Origin: an uncultured Acidobacteriota bacterium
GTDB taxonomy: Bacteria; Acidobacteriota; Thermoanaerobaculia; Gp7-AA8
DNA length: 64,000 nucleotides
Reading direction: 5' to 3'
Assembly (NCBI GenBank): GCA_963822445.1
Contig: CAWGHO010000001.1
Location: forward strand, 768,001-832,000
The position numbers were made by a program, and so were the translations under genes. Below are positions 1 through 8,992 of the stretch, in pieces; the stretch's first letter is position 1, and each line of letters starts with the position of its first letter. The notes below the pieces were generated by a model, which searched no databases, was not told the origin of the DNA, and saw only the letters and a program-made list of their open reading frames with translations.

Positions 1-1367
1 GCGCTGACCGACGAGGAGATTGCGGTCGGAGTGCTCGAGACGTCCGAGGCGTGGGTTGCCTTCAACGAGTCGATGGTGAGGTTCCGCGAGGCCGCCCATC
101 ACCTGACCGTCGCGGAGCCTCATCGATGTGGTCGTGCGCACGACGAAGATCGAGAGCGTGTACGACCAGGCCGCGGACGGAACGCGCCACCTGCGCCACC
201 TCGAGCACGTCCGCGCCATCGCCTTCGAGTACGACCAGCGCATCGGCGGATCGGTGCGGCAGTTCGTCGAAGAGATCGCCGAGCGCCGCAGCGGCGAGCC
301 GGATGAGACCGAGCCGAGCCTGATCGACGAGTCGCAGAACGCGATGCGGATCATGACCGTACATGGGGCGAAAGGGCTGGAGTTCGAGACGGTGATCCTG
401 CCCGATCTCGCCTTTCCCCCGGCAGCGAGGGGATGAATCTGTTCAGCGTCGAGGAACCGAAACGGCTCGTGCTCACCGGCCGCGCCGAGTCGATCTCCGC
501 GCATTTTCTCGGACTCGCGGACATCGCCAACGAGCGCGAGGAGGCCGAGATCACGGCGGCTGTTCTACGTGGCGGTGACGCGCGCGAAGACCGACGTCGT
601 CTTCGTTTGCAATCCCGAGGAGAAACGGAGCTCGGGGTTCTTTCGCTCGCTGATCGAGGCGCTGGGCATCGAGCGGAAGTCGCTCGCCGGCTGGTGGCCG
701 CTGGAAGGCCGCGAGGTGAAAGAGACCGACATCGGCGCCGTCGCATTCGAAAAAGTGGAGGCGCAGGCGATGTCGGCGAACAAGCGGCGGAGGTTGAATG
801 ACCCAGCGCTCGAAGCGGAGCTCGCGGCGTCGCCGATCGCACCGGCAGAGGTCCCGATACCCGAACCTGTCGCGGAAACGCTTACCGCTGGCGAGATCGC
901 TGCCCGCCGCGCCGGCTCGCGCAATCGCGCCGCCGGCATCCTCCTGCACCGCGTGCTGGAGCTGTGGGATGGCCGCTCGGATGCCGGAGCGCTGCTCGAT
1001 CGCGTCGCGACCGAATCAGCGGCAGACGCCGAAGCAGTTCTGCGCGTGAAGCAACGGCTCAACGTCATCGCCCGATCGGAGACGATCAAGCGCATCGCTG
1101 AAGCGGAGACCATCGGCCGCGAAGTGCCGCTCCGCTTCGTCGACAACGGCGTGATGGTCGAGCGCCGCATCGATCGATTGCTGCGCGAGAGCGATCGCGA
1201 GCTGGTCATCGACTACAAGAGCGGCGCGTACGAGGAGCGCGCGGGCGGAACGCGACCGACTGCAGGTTCGCAAGTACTGCGAGGCCGTCAGCGCGATGAC
1301 CGGGCGGCCGTGCGCCGGCGCGATCTGGTACGTGGACGTAGATCAGGACACTTACGTCGTCGTCTAG
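1..1367 (+). pseudogene. 3' part of UvrD/AddA-type helicase with C-terminal PD-(D/E)XK nuclease; four apparent frameshifts (possibly sequencing errors); 5' end outside window
   Basis: Motif V MTVHGAKGLEF (ORF 128..436). Motif VI LFYVAVTRAK after a frame change near 553. Nuclease motifs GILLHRVLE and IDRLL...IDYKSG. Frame changes near 118, 425, 553 and 1243; likely true stop TAG at 1365-1367. Confidence 0.8.
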
Positions 1368-1405
1368 GCGACCTTGTCGATCGCGGTGCCATAATCGCCG
1401 CGCCG

Positions 1406-2080
1406 ATGCAGCTGTCCAAAGTCGTCCTGCTGTCCTTCATCACCCTCGTCACGATGGTCAATCCGCTGGCCGTCGTTCCGTCGTTCGTCGCACTGACCCA
1501 CGGCGCCTCGGGCGCGGGGCGCGCGAGAGTCGCCCTGCTCGCCTCGGCAGCCTGCATCGTGGTCCTGACGATTTTCCTCGTGGCCGGCAACTGGGTCTTC
1601 CAGTTCTTCGGCATCACCGTGCCCGCGTTCCAGATCATGGGCGGCATCATCTTCTTCATCAACGCCCTGCGGACCCTCGTCGAACACGACGACCGCCGCG
1701 CGTTCGACATCGGCGGCGACAAGCGGATGGCCGACACGGACGTGGAGAAGGCGGACATCGATCCGGGCTCGATCGCGGTCGTCCCGCTGGCGGTCCCCAT
1801 GCTGTCCGGTCCCGGCGCAATCACTTCGACGATGCTGCTGGTCAACCTCTACCCGCGCGTCGATCAGAAGATCGCCGTGATCGTGGCCATCTTCGGCGTG
1901 GGCCTCACCTCGTACGTGACTCTGCTCGCCGCCGTTCCGCTCTCGCGCTTCATCGGCGACCGCGGCCGCGCCGTCTTCACCAAAATCATGGCCCTCCTCC
2001 TCGGCGCCATCGGCGTGCAATTCATCATCAACGGTCTCAAGCCGGTGCTGATGGAGATCATCCAGGGAGCGACGGGGTAA
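1406..2080 (+). CDS. MarC family inner membrane protein
   Basis: MVNPLAVVPSF, FQIMGGIIFF, PLAVPMLSGPGAIT and KIMALLLGAIGVQFI MarC motifs. ATG at 1406 preceded by CATAAT. Confidence 0.9.
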   Translation: MQLSKVVLLSFITLVTMVNPLAVVPSFVALTHGASGAGRARVALLASAACIVVLTIFLVAGNWVFQFFGITVPAFQIMGGIIFFINALRTLVEHDDRRAFDIGGDKRMADTDVEKADIDPGSIAVVPLAVPMLSGPGAITSTMLLVNLYPRVDQKIAVIVAIFGVGLTSYVTLLAAVPLSRFIGDRGRAVFTKIMALLLGAIGVQFIINGLKPVLMEIIQGATG

Positions 2081-2730
2081 TGTTCATCGGACATCCGGCC
2101 GCCGCCTTCGCCGCAAAACGCGTCGCGCCGCGCATCGGCCTGGGCACGCTGGTCGCGGCTGCCATCGGCCTCGATCTGCTCTGGCCCTTCTTCACACTCG
2201 CCGGGATCGAGCACTTCCGCATCGATCCGGGCAACACCGCGTTCACGCCGATCGACTTCTACGACTATCCCTGGACGCACAGCATGGCCATGGCTCTGGT
2301 CTGGTCGGCGATCGCCGCCGTCGTGTACCGGCTCTTCCGCAAGCCGTGGCGCGACGCGATCGTCGTCGGCGCGGCCGTGTTCAGCCACTGGATCCTCGAC
2401 TTCGTCACCCACGGTCCCGATCTCCCTCTCTGGCCGGGCGGTCCGAAAGTCGGCATGGGCCTGTGGAACTCGAAACCGCTGACGATCAGCGTCGAAGGCC
2501 TCCTCTTCGCGATCTGCCTCGGCCTCTACCTTCGCAGCACCGTCGCCCGCGATCGCATCGGCAAGATCGCGCTGTGGGCCCTGGTGATCTTTCTCGGCCT
2601 GATCTACCTCTCCAACCTCGTTTCTCCCCCGCCGCCGAACTGGCAGGCCGTGGCCTGGACGGCGATCGCGCAGTGGCTCTTCGTGCCTTGGGCGTGGTGG
2701 ATCGACAAGCACCGGCAGGCGCGCGAGTGA
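2080..2730 (+). CDS. membrane-bound metal-dependent hydrolase (YdjM-like)
   Basis: MFIGH, D, THS and SHWILD conserved residues with multiple TM segments; TAATG overlap with upstream gene. Confidence 0.75.
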   Translation: MFIGHPAAAFAAKRVAPRIGLGTLVAAAIGLDLLWPFFTLAGIEHFRIDPGNTAFTPIDFYDYPWTHSMAMALVWSAIAAVVYRLFRKPWRDAIVVGAAVFSHWILDFVTHGPDLPLWPGGPKVGMGLWNSKPLTISVEGLLFAICLGLYLRSTVARDRIGKIALWALVIFLGLIYLSNLVSPPPPNWQAVAWTAIAQWLFVPWAWWIDKHRQARE

Positions 2731-3605
2731 AGGCGCTTTTCATCGTCAACGAGCGTTCCGGCCGGCGGCGCAATCGCGACATCGAAGCGCTGGTGCGCGA
2801 CAACTGGCACGGTCCCTCCGCAATCCAGGCGTGCGGTGCGAAGGACGATCTCGATGCGATCGTCGATCGGGCCGAGGCTGAGGGGTTCGATGTCGTTTAT
2901 GCGGTGGGGGGCGATGGGACGGTTCACGAGACCGCGAAACGGCTGGTCGGACGCAAGCCGGCGCTGGCGATTCTGCCGACCGGCTCCGGGAACGGATTCG
3001 CGAGGCACATCGGCATGCCCGTCGATCCCGCGGCCGCGCTGAAGTCCTGCCGCGGTGGCCGGATCGTGACGATCGACACCGCCGAAGTGAACGGACACGC
3101 CTTCCTCGGCGTGATGGGAATCGGATTCGACGCCGTAGTCGCGGATCGCTTCGCGGCGAGCAGCACCCGAGGATTGGAAACGTATGTGAAGGAAGGTCTG
3201 GTCGCGTTCGCGCACTTTCAGGCCGAAGAGTACGAAGTGGTTGCCAACGGGCAGACGATCCGGCAGAAGGCCTTCGTCATCGCCGTCGCCAATTCCGGGC
3301 AATACGGCAACAACGCCCGCGTCGCGCCGCTCGCGTCACTGCGCGACGGACTGCTGGATGTGGTGATCGTGAACGACACGACGCTCGTGGGCGCGGCAAT
3401 GCTGCTGGCGCGGCTCTTCACCGGCACCTTTCATCGCTCGGACTCGGTGACGATGCTGCAGACCGCGGAGGTCACGATCCGGAGACCCGCAGCGGGCATC
3501 GCGCAACTCGATGGCGAGCCGGTGACGTTGCCCGAAGAGCTGCATGTGCGGGTGAGACCGCAGTCGCTCAAACTGCTCGTGCCGGATTCCGCTACAGAGT
3601 TTTGA
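2727..3605 (+). CDS. diacylglycerol kinase family lipid kinase (YegS/BmrU-like)
   Basis: FIVNERSG, GGDGTVHE, LPTGSGNGFAR, GIGFDA and QLDGE motifs; GTG start overlaps upstream TGA. Confidence 0.9.
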   Translation: MKALFIVNERSGRRRNRDIEALVRDNWHGPSAIQACGAKDDLDAIVDRAEAEGFDVVYAVGGDGTVHETAKRLVGRKPALAILPTGSGNGFARHIGMPVDPAAALKSCRGGRIVTIDTAEVNGHAFLGVMGIGFDAVVADRFAASSTRGLETYVKEGLVAFAHFQAEEYEVVANGQTIRQKAFVIAVANSGQYGNNARVAPLASLRDGLLDVVIVNDTTLVGAAMLLARLFTGTFHRSDSVTMLQTAEVTIRRPAAGIAQLDGEPVTLPEELHVRVRPQSLKLLVPDSATEF

Positions 3606-4008
3606 CGAGATCGTCGATGCGGCCGATCAGCTCATCGCGGCGCTCGATGAAGCGATCCATGCGCGTCAGCGGATCGTCGATGCCCCACGACGGATCCTCG
3701 ATCGGCCAGTGCTCGAGCCGCTTCGCCCCCGGCCAGTGCGGACAATCCTGCGCTGCCGAATCGCACACGGTGACCACGACGTCGAACTCTTCGTTGATGA
3801 ACTGATCGGCGGATTTCGACGTCGCGTCGCGATGATCGATGCCGATGTCGGCGAGCGCGCGAACAGCGAGGGGATGAACCCACCCAGCGGGACGCGATCC
3901 AGCCGAAACCGCTTCGACCTTGTCGCCATGGAAGGCATTGGCGATGCCTTCCGCCATCTGGGAGCGCGCGGCGTTTCCGGTGCAGAGGAAGAGGATTTTC
4001 TTTTTCAA
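3592..4008 (-). CDS. arsC: arsenate reductase, LMW-PTP fold (thioredoxin-type)
   Basis: FLCTGNAARSQMAE P-loop, SAGS, VTVCD...CP, HWPIEDP. Confidence 0.8.
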   Translation of the reverse strand: MKKKILFLCTGNAARSQMAEGIANAFHGDKVEAVSAGSRPAGWVHPLAVRALADIGIDHRDATSKSADQFINEEFDVVVTVCDSAAQDCPHWPGAKRLEHWPIEDPSWGIDDPLTRMDRFIERRDELIGRIDDLVKTL

Positions 4009-4031
4009 GCGGAGCTAGTTTACGCGACCGT

Positions 4032-4107
4032 CCGTGTAGTGTGGGCCTCTGGCCTACTTTCGGCGGGCGGGCGACGAACGGGTAGGCCAGAGGCCCACAC
4101 TACACGG
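4032..4107. repeat. GTAG-type REP-like inverted repeat pair
   Basis: Perfect 26-bp inverted repeat CCGTGTAGTGTGGGCCTCTGGCCTAC (4032-4057) and its complement (4082-4107); each arm is GTAG plus a short internal palindrome. Confidence 0.75.
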
Positions 4108-4110
4108 TCC

Positions 4111-4719
4111 CTACGGCGACAGCCGCTCGATGACCCAGTCCTTCGGTTCGCGAAGCCGGTACACGAACCGGTCGTGCAGACGATCGGCCCGGCCCTGCCA
4201 GAACTCGATCTCCACCGGGATCACGCGATAGCCGCCCCAGTGCGGCGGGCGCGGCACGGCGCGGTCCTTGTAGTTCGCTTCGAGCTCGTGGAAGCGCTGG
4301 TCGAGGTCGGCGCGGCCGAAGACCACCGCGCTCTGATTCGAGGCCCAGGCGCCCAGCTGGCTGCCCCGCGGACGCGTCGCAAAGTACGCATCCGACTCCT
4401 CCTCGGCGGTCTTGATCGCGACTCCCTCGATGCGCACCTGGCGATCGAGCGACGGCCAGTAGAAGCAGAGCGCCACGCGGGGGTTCTCGCTGATCTGCTG
4501 CCCCTTGCGGCTGCTGTAGTTCGTGTAGAAGACGAAGCCGCGCTCGTCGAAATCCTTGAGCAGACAGACCCGCGAGCTGACGACGTTGTTCACGCACGTC
4601 GACACGGTCATCGACTCGGGCATGTGCGGCTGCGAAGCCTTGGCCTCGTCGAACCAGCGCCCGAACTGGGTGAACGGGGATTTGTCGAGATCGGTCTCGA
4701 GGAGCGCTACGTTGGTCAA
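4111..4719 (-). CDS. pdxH: pyridoxamine 5'-phosphate oxidase
   Basis: SRVCLLK, FYTNYSSRKG, RQVRIEG, YFATRPRGSQLGAWAS, EFWQGRADRLHDR, RLSP. Confidence 0.96.
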   Translation of the reverse strand: MTNVALLETDLDKSPFTQFGRWFDEAKASQPHMPESMTVSTCVNNVVSSRVCLLKDFDERGFVFYTNYSSRKGQQISENPRVALCFYWPSLDRQVRIEGVAIKTAEEESDAYFATRPRGSQLGAWASNQSAVVFGRADLDQRFHELEANYKDRAVPRPPHWGGYRVIPVEIEFWQGRADRLHDRFVYRLREPKDWVIERLSP

Positions 4720-5276
4720 CAGAGTCCTCCGGTAAGCAGACGCTCGATCTTGGCAATGGCGCGCTGTGACTCCGGCCCGGGCATCAGCTCGGCCGCGCGC
4801 TCGAGCGTGACCCAGGCCAGATCGCTCGACTCGGCAGGATCGATGATGATCGCCTCCGGCCGCGCGGTCCGTGCGACATATCGCACGTCGAAGTGATGAT
4901 GGTCCGGCTCCCCTTTGCCGGCGGGGATGGCGTGGATGTCGAGATCGAACATGGCCGTGGCCGCGAGATCCGCAAGCCCCGACTCCTCCCGCCCTTCCCG
5001 CAGCGCCGCCGCGTCCGGCATCTCATCGCCATCGACGTGACCGCCCATCTGCAGCCAGCGGTTCAGGCGGCGATGGTGATGCAGGAGAAGGCGTCCGCCG
5101 CCGTCGACGATGTAACAGCTGGCCGTGAAATGGCCGGGCTGAAAATACTCGCGCGAAAAAGGATCGGCGCCGTCCGTCAACAACTTGACCATCGCCTGGC
5201 GATGCGCATCCTCGAGCCCGTCGAAGGGCTCGTAACCGCGCAGTTGCGTGAGGAGCAGCTCGTTTCGGGACGGCAT
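4716..5276 (-). CDS. NUDIX hydrolase
   Basis: GHFTAS, WLQMGGHVDGDE...AALREGREESGL Nudix box, HHFDVRY; start MPSRNELL inside ORF 4716..5909. Confidence 0.9.
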   Translation of the reverse strand: MPSRNELLLTQLRGYEPFDGLEDAHRQAMVKLLTDGADPFSREYFQPGHFTASCYIVDGGGRLLLHHHRRLNRWLQMGGHVDGDEMPDAAALREGREESGLADLAATAMFDLDIHAIPAGKGEPDHHHFDVRYVARTARPEAIIIDPAESSDLAWVTLERAAELMPGPESQRAIAKIERLLTGGLC

Positions 5277-5704
5277 CAGTGCGACGGAAACCAATGATAG
5301 AGGAAGAAATACACCAGCACGCCCGTCACTGATACGTACATCCAGAGGGGGAACGTCCATCGCGCGACACGGCGATGCTGAACCACGCGCATCTTCAGCC
5401 CGTTGACCACGCTGTAGATGGCCAGCGGCAGGATGATCACCGCCAGGATGGTGTGCGACGTGAGGATGCTCAGGTACAGGGTGCGCCACGCGCCCTCGCC
5501 CGCGAAGCGCGTGACCACGCCGCCGCGGAGGGTGTGGTACGTGACGTAGCAGGCCAGGAACGCGACGGAAGTGAAGCAGGCCGCGAGCATGAACCGGCGG
5601 TGCTGGGCGATCCGCTTGTTGCGGATGTGGATGTAGCCGATCAGGAGAAAGATGCCGCTCAGCGCGTTGAGCGAGGCGTTGAGTGGCGGGAAGAATTGAG
5701 TCAT
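5276..5704 (-). CDS. DUF420 family membrane protein (CtaM/YozB-like oxidase assembly factor)
   Basis: LNASLN, HRRFM, FLACYVTYH, SHTILA, HRRVARWTFPLWMYVSVTG; lies with cox assembly genes. Confidence 0.88.
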   Translation of the reverse strand: MTQFFPPLNASLNALSGIFLLIGYIHIRNKRIAQHRRFMLAACFTSVAFLACYVTYHTLRGGVVTRFAGEGAWRTLYLSILTSHTILAVIILPLAIYSVVNGLKMRVVQHRRVARWTFPLWMYVSVTGVLVYFFLYHWFPSH

Positions 5705-6498
5705 CGGGCGGTAATGCTACAGTGTTCGCCTCACGCGTGGTCACCATCCTCATCGTCGATGACAACCCTGTTTTTCGCATGCAGGCAGCGCGTCTGGCCG
5801 AGCGCGAAGGGTTCAGGACCGTCACCGCGGGCGATCTCACGGAACTGAGCAACGTGCTCATGACGACGAAGCCCGATCTGGTGCTCGTCGACATCGAATT
5901 GCCGACCATTCCCGGCCACCGGCTAGGCTCGTTGATCCGCTCGCGGCATCAGGTGCCGATCGTGCTGATCTCAGCTTTGACCGAGGAGCGGCTGCGGCGT
6001 TTGTTCGAGGCGTCGGATGCGAATGGGTGGATCTGCAAACCGCTGACGCGCGACAAACTCGTGGCGGCGGTGACGCGGTTCGTGGAGCCGGCAGCGAGTG
6101 AAACGCCGGCCGCGGCCGCGAGGAAGATCGAACAGCCCGACGCCCGGCGGATTCTGCTCGTCGAGGATGAGCCGGTGATCGCCGCGAGGATCGAGTCGGT
6201 GCTTGCGCCGACGTCGACGATCGTGACCGTCGAGAACGGCGACGCGGCGATCGAGTATCTGATCGCCGAACCGTACGACTGCGTGCTCCTCGACCTCACC
6301 CTGCCCCGCCTGTCCGGATTCGACGTGCTGCGGCACATGGCCATGCGCCAGCCGGAGATGCTGCGGGCCACGATCATCCTCACCGCGGCAACGGATGAAT
6401 CGCTGCAGTTCATCGATGGGAACGCGGTGGCCGGTGTGCTGCGCAAGCCGTTTTCGCCGGATGAGGTGTTGATGCTGGTGGACAAAGTCGCCCGGTGA
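5683..6498 (+). CDS. response regulator with two receiver domains and no output domain (start probably near 5737)
   Basis: ILIVDD...DLVLVD...KP and ILLVED...VLLD...KP. Confidence 0.85.
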   Translation: MAGRIESSGGNATVFASRVVTILIVDDNPVFRMQAARLAEREGFRTVTAGDLTELSNVLMTTKPDLVLVDIELPTIPGHRLGSLIRSRHQVPIVLISALTEERLRRLFEASDANGWICKPLTRDKLVAAVTRFVEPAASETPAAAARKIEQPDARRILLVEDEPVIAARIESVLAPTSTIVTVENGDAAIEYLIAEPYDCVLLDLTLPRLSGFDVLRHMAMRQPEMLRATIILTAATDESLQFIDGNAVAGVLRKPFSPDEVLMLVDKVAR

Positions 6499-6507
6499 AG
6501 CGTTAGC

Positions 6508-6595
6508 TCTGGACTGCGGCAGCAGAGCTGCCGCTCTTCGCGCGGCGGCTCTGCCGCCGCAAGTGAAAGCGGTAGCTCTGCTACCGCACTCCAGA
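6508..6595. repeat. REP-like inverted repeat between convergent genes
   Basis: TCTGGACTGCGGCAGCAGAGCTGCCGCT ... AGCGGTAGCTCTGCTACCGCACTCCAGA, imperfect inverted repeat with internal palindromes and a central hairpin; right arm overlaps the SCO stop. Confidence 0.65.
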
Positions 6596-7147
6596 CTCTT
6601 CGAGTAGTGTTTCCACGACTTCCGCCACCTGCTCCGGCACCGTTCCAGCCGTCGCGTCGTAGTAGCCGCGGATCACGCCGTCCTTGTCCGCAACCGCGAA
6701 TCGCGAGGAGTGCAGCACCGCCTCGGCGCCGGGACCGGGATCGCCGGCGGCGAGCTTGAAGCCTTTCACCGACAGGTCGACGATCGTCGCGCGTTCGCCG
6801 GTGAGGAACGTCCAGCGAGGGTCGTTGCGAACGCGTTTCGCGTACTCGGCAAGCACGGCGGGCGTGTCGTGCGCGGGATCGACGGTGATCGAGACGAAGC
6901 GCACCGGCGCGTCTTTCCCGACCTTCGCGGTGAGGGCGCGCATGTTGTTGGTCATGATCGGGCAGGTGCCGCTGCAGGTCGTGAAGATGAAGTCGTAGAC
7001 CGTGACGTTCCCCTTCATCGAATCGAGGCTCACGGCTTTGCCGGTCTCGTCGACGAGCTGCGCGTTCGGCACCGCATAGAGCTTCGGCAGTTCGGGCTGG
7101 CGCTGGCAGGCTAGAAGAAAAAGCAGGGCGATGCTAAGCGCGCGCAT
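6581..7147 (-). CDS. SCO1/SenC family copper chaperone lipoprotein
   Basis: Lipobox LLAC, FTTCSGTCP (CxxxC), ITVDPAHDTP, LHSSRF. Confidence 0.93.
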   Translation of the reverse strand: MRALSIALLFLLACQRQPELPKLYAVPNAQLVDETGKAVSLDSMKGNVTVYDFIFTTCSGTCPIMTNNMRALTAKVGKDAPVRFVSITVDPAHDTPAVLAEYAKRVRNDPRWTFLTGERATIVDLSVKGFKLAAGDPGPGAEAVLHSSRFAVADKDGVIRGYYDATAGTVPEQVAEVVETLLEESGVR

Positions 7148-8012
7148 TCACGACCAGAAGCAGCATCACCGTGAGCAGGTAGAGGTTCGACGTCATGAAC
7201 AGGGCGCGGGCGTGACGGCGGTCGAAGAAGAAGCGGATCGCGGTCGCGAGCAGTACCGCCCCCGCGAGCGAAGCGCCGACGAAGTACATCGTGCCGGTCA
7301 TGCCGAAGAGGGCCGGTGCGACGCTGACCGGAAGCAGCGCGAGGGTGTAGAAAATCGCCTCACGCGCGACCGCGGCGCCGTCAGTGTCGCGAACGGACAG
7401 CATGGCGAAGCCGCCGCGCGCGTAGTCCTCGCGGTACATCCAGCTGATGGCCATGAAGTGCGGGAGCTGCCAGAGGAAGAGGATGCCGAAGACGATCCAG
7501 CCGCCGAGCGAGAGCTCGTTCGTGGCCGCGGTCCAGCCCATGAGCGGCGGAATCGCGCCTGGGATCGCGCCGATGATCGTGCAGATCGTCGAGACGCGCT
7601 TGAGCGGCGTGTAAACGAAGATGTAGCTGGTGAGCGTGAACGCGCCCAGCATCGCCGTCAGCCAGTTCACGGCCAGGCCGAGGTAGATCGTGCCGATGAT
7701 GGCGATCGCGGAGGAGAACAGAAGCGCCGCGCGGGGCGTGATCCGGCCGGCCGGCAGCGGACGCGATCGGGTGCGATTCATCCGGCCGTCGTGATCGCGC
7801 TCGACGTACTGGTTGAGCGCATTCGTTCCCGCGGCCACGAGGGCGGTGCCCACGAGCGTGTGCAGCATCAGCAGCGGGCTCACGTCGCCCGGGGCGAACA
7901 GAAATCCGGCGGCCGTCGTGATCAGCACCATCAGCACGATCCGCGATTTCGAAAGCTCGAGGTAGTCGCGGATGACGCGCTGACGCGGCGCTTCGACGGC
8001 GATCGAGGTCAA
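7134..8012 (-). CDS. ctaB: protoheme IX farnesyltransferase (heme O synthase)
   Basis: LSKSRIV, NQYVERDHDGRMNRTRSRPLPAGR, YTPLKR, GAIPPLMGW, WQLPHF, REDYARGG. Confidence 0.95.
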   Translation of the reverse strand: MTSIAVEAPRQRVIRDYLELSKSRIVLMVLITTAAGFLFAPGDVSPLLMLHTLVGTALVAAGTNALNQYVERDHDGRMNRTRSRPLPAGRITPRAALLFSSAIAIIGTIYLGLAVNWLTAMLGAFTLTSYIFVYTPLKRVSTICTIIGAIPGAIPPLMGWTAATNELSLGGWIVFGILFLWQLPHFMAISWMYREDYARGGFAMLSVRDTDGAAVAREAIFYTLALLPVSVAPALFGMTGTMYFVGASLAGAVLLATAIRFFFDRRHARALFMTSNLYLLTVMLLLVVNARA

Positions 8013-8992
8013 GCGGTCACCTCGCGCAACGAGGCGTGAGCACGTCCGGCCTTGCGCCAGGCCACCGCACTGCTGGAGAGCGTGAGAATCAGCGAGATAG
8101 CCAGTGTCGACGCGCCGAGCATCACGTGCAGGCTGGTGATGTGGGGCTGCTTGCCGCTCCAGATCACGTATCCGCCGAGTACGACCTGCGCGGCGACGAC
8201 GATCAGCAGCAGGTGCGCGAGGAAGCGCAGCGGATGATTGCTCTCGAAGCGAAGCAGGCGCACGGCCATGGCGATGACTGCCGCGGCGACGATGAAGCCA
8301 CCGGCGCGATGGACGAAGGCCGCGGCGATGTTCACCGTGGCGAGTTCCGGGATCACACGCCCGAACGAGAGCGGAAAGTCAGGGATGGCCAGGCCCGCGC
8401 CGAGGTGACGCATCACCGCGCCGGCGAGGATCTGCGTGTAAACGAGTCCGGTGAGAGCGCGTGCGCCGATCACCGGCGCGTCGCCCTTCTCCATCGTCCG
8501 CAGACGCGAATACCAGTCGGAGGTGAAGAAGGCGATCGAGACGTTGATGCAGAAGAAGATCTCCGCGAGAGCCGCGTGGGAGATCGAGATCACTTTCGGC
8601 AGGAGGAAGATCACGGTGAGGCCGCCGAGGAGGCCCTGGATGATGACCGCGCCGAGGGAGAGCCAGCCGAGGCGGCGGACGAACTTCTTCGGCTCGCGCT
8701 TCTGCAGCCAGATCGCCTGGATGATGCAGAGGAACCCGACCGTGCTGGCGATCAGGCGATGGCCGTGCTCGTAGAAGATGCCTCCCACCCACTTGCTGTA
8801 CGGGAAGGTGAACATGTTCTCGCCGTAGGTGGTCGGCCAGTCGGGAACGGCCAGGCCGGAGCTGGTGGACGTGACCATGGCCCCGGCAAAAATGAGCAAA
8901 AGCGTCGCCGCGGCGACCACTTTCGTGAATCGCCGCAGCCAGATGGGTGTGGTGTCCGAGGAATGACGAAGGTTTGGTTCGAGGGATTTCAT
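8009..8992 (-). CDS. ctaA: COX15/CtaA family heme A synthase
   Basis: GAMVTSTSSGLAVPDWP, EHGHRLIA, QGLLGGLTV, SHAALA, VHR, SLHVMLG; start MKSLEP at 8992. Confidence 0.88.
   Translation of the reverse strand: MKSLEPNLRHSSDTTPIWLRRFTKVVAAATLLLIFAGAMVTSTSSGLAVPDWPTTYGENMFTFPYSKWVGGIFYEHGHRLIASTVGFLCIIQAIWLQKREPKKFVRRLGWLSLGAVIIQGLLGGLTVIFLLPKVISISHAALAEIFFCINVSIAFFTSDWYSRLRTMEKGDAPVIGARALTGLVYTQILAGAVMRHLGAGLAIPDFPLSFGRVIPELATVNIAAAFVHRAGGFIVAAAVIAMAVRLLRFESNHPLRFLAHLLLIVVAAQVVLGGYVIWSGKQPHITSLHVMLGASTLAISLILTLSSSAVAWRKAGRAHASLREVTA

Noticed and set aside
569-2080. Apparent nuclease-MarC fusion (503-aa ORF)
   Set aside because: A frameshift near 1243 skips the nuclease stop at 1367; MarC has its own ATG at 1406 with a -10-like box.
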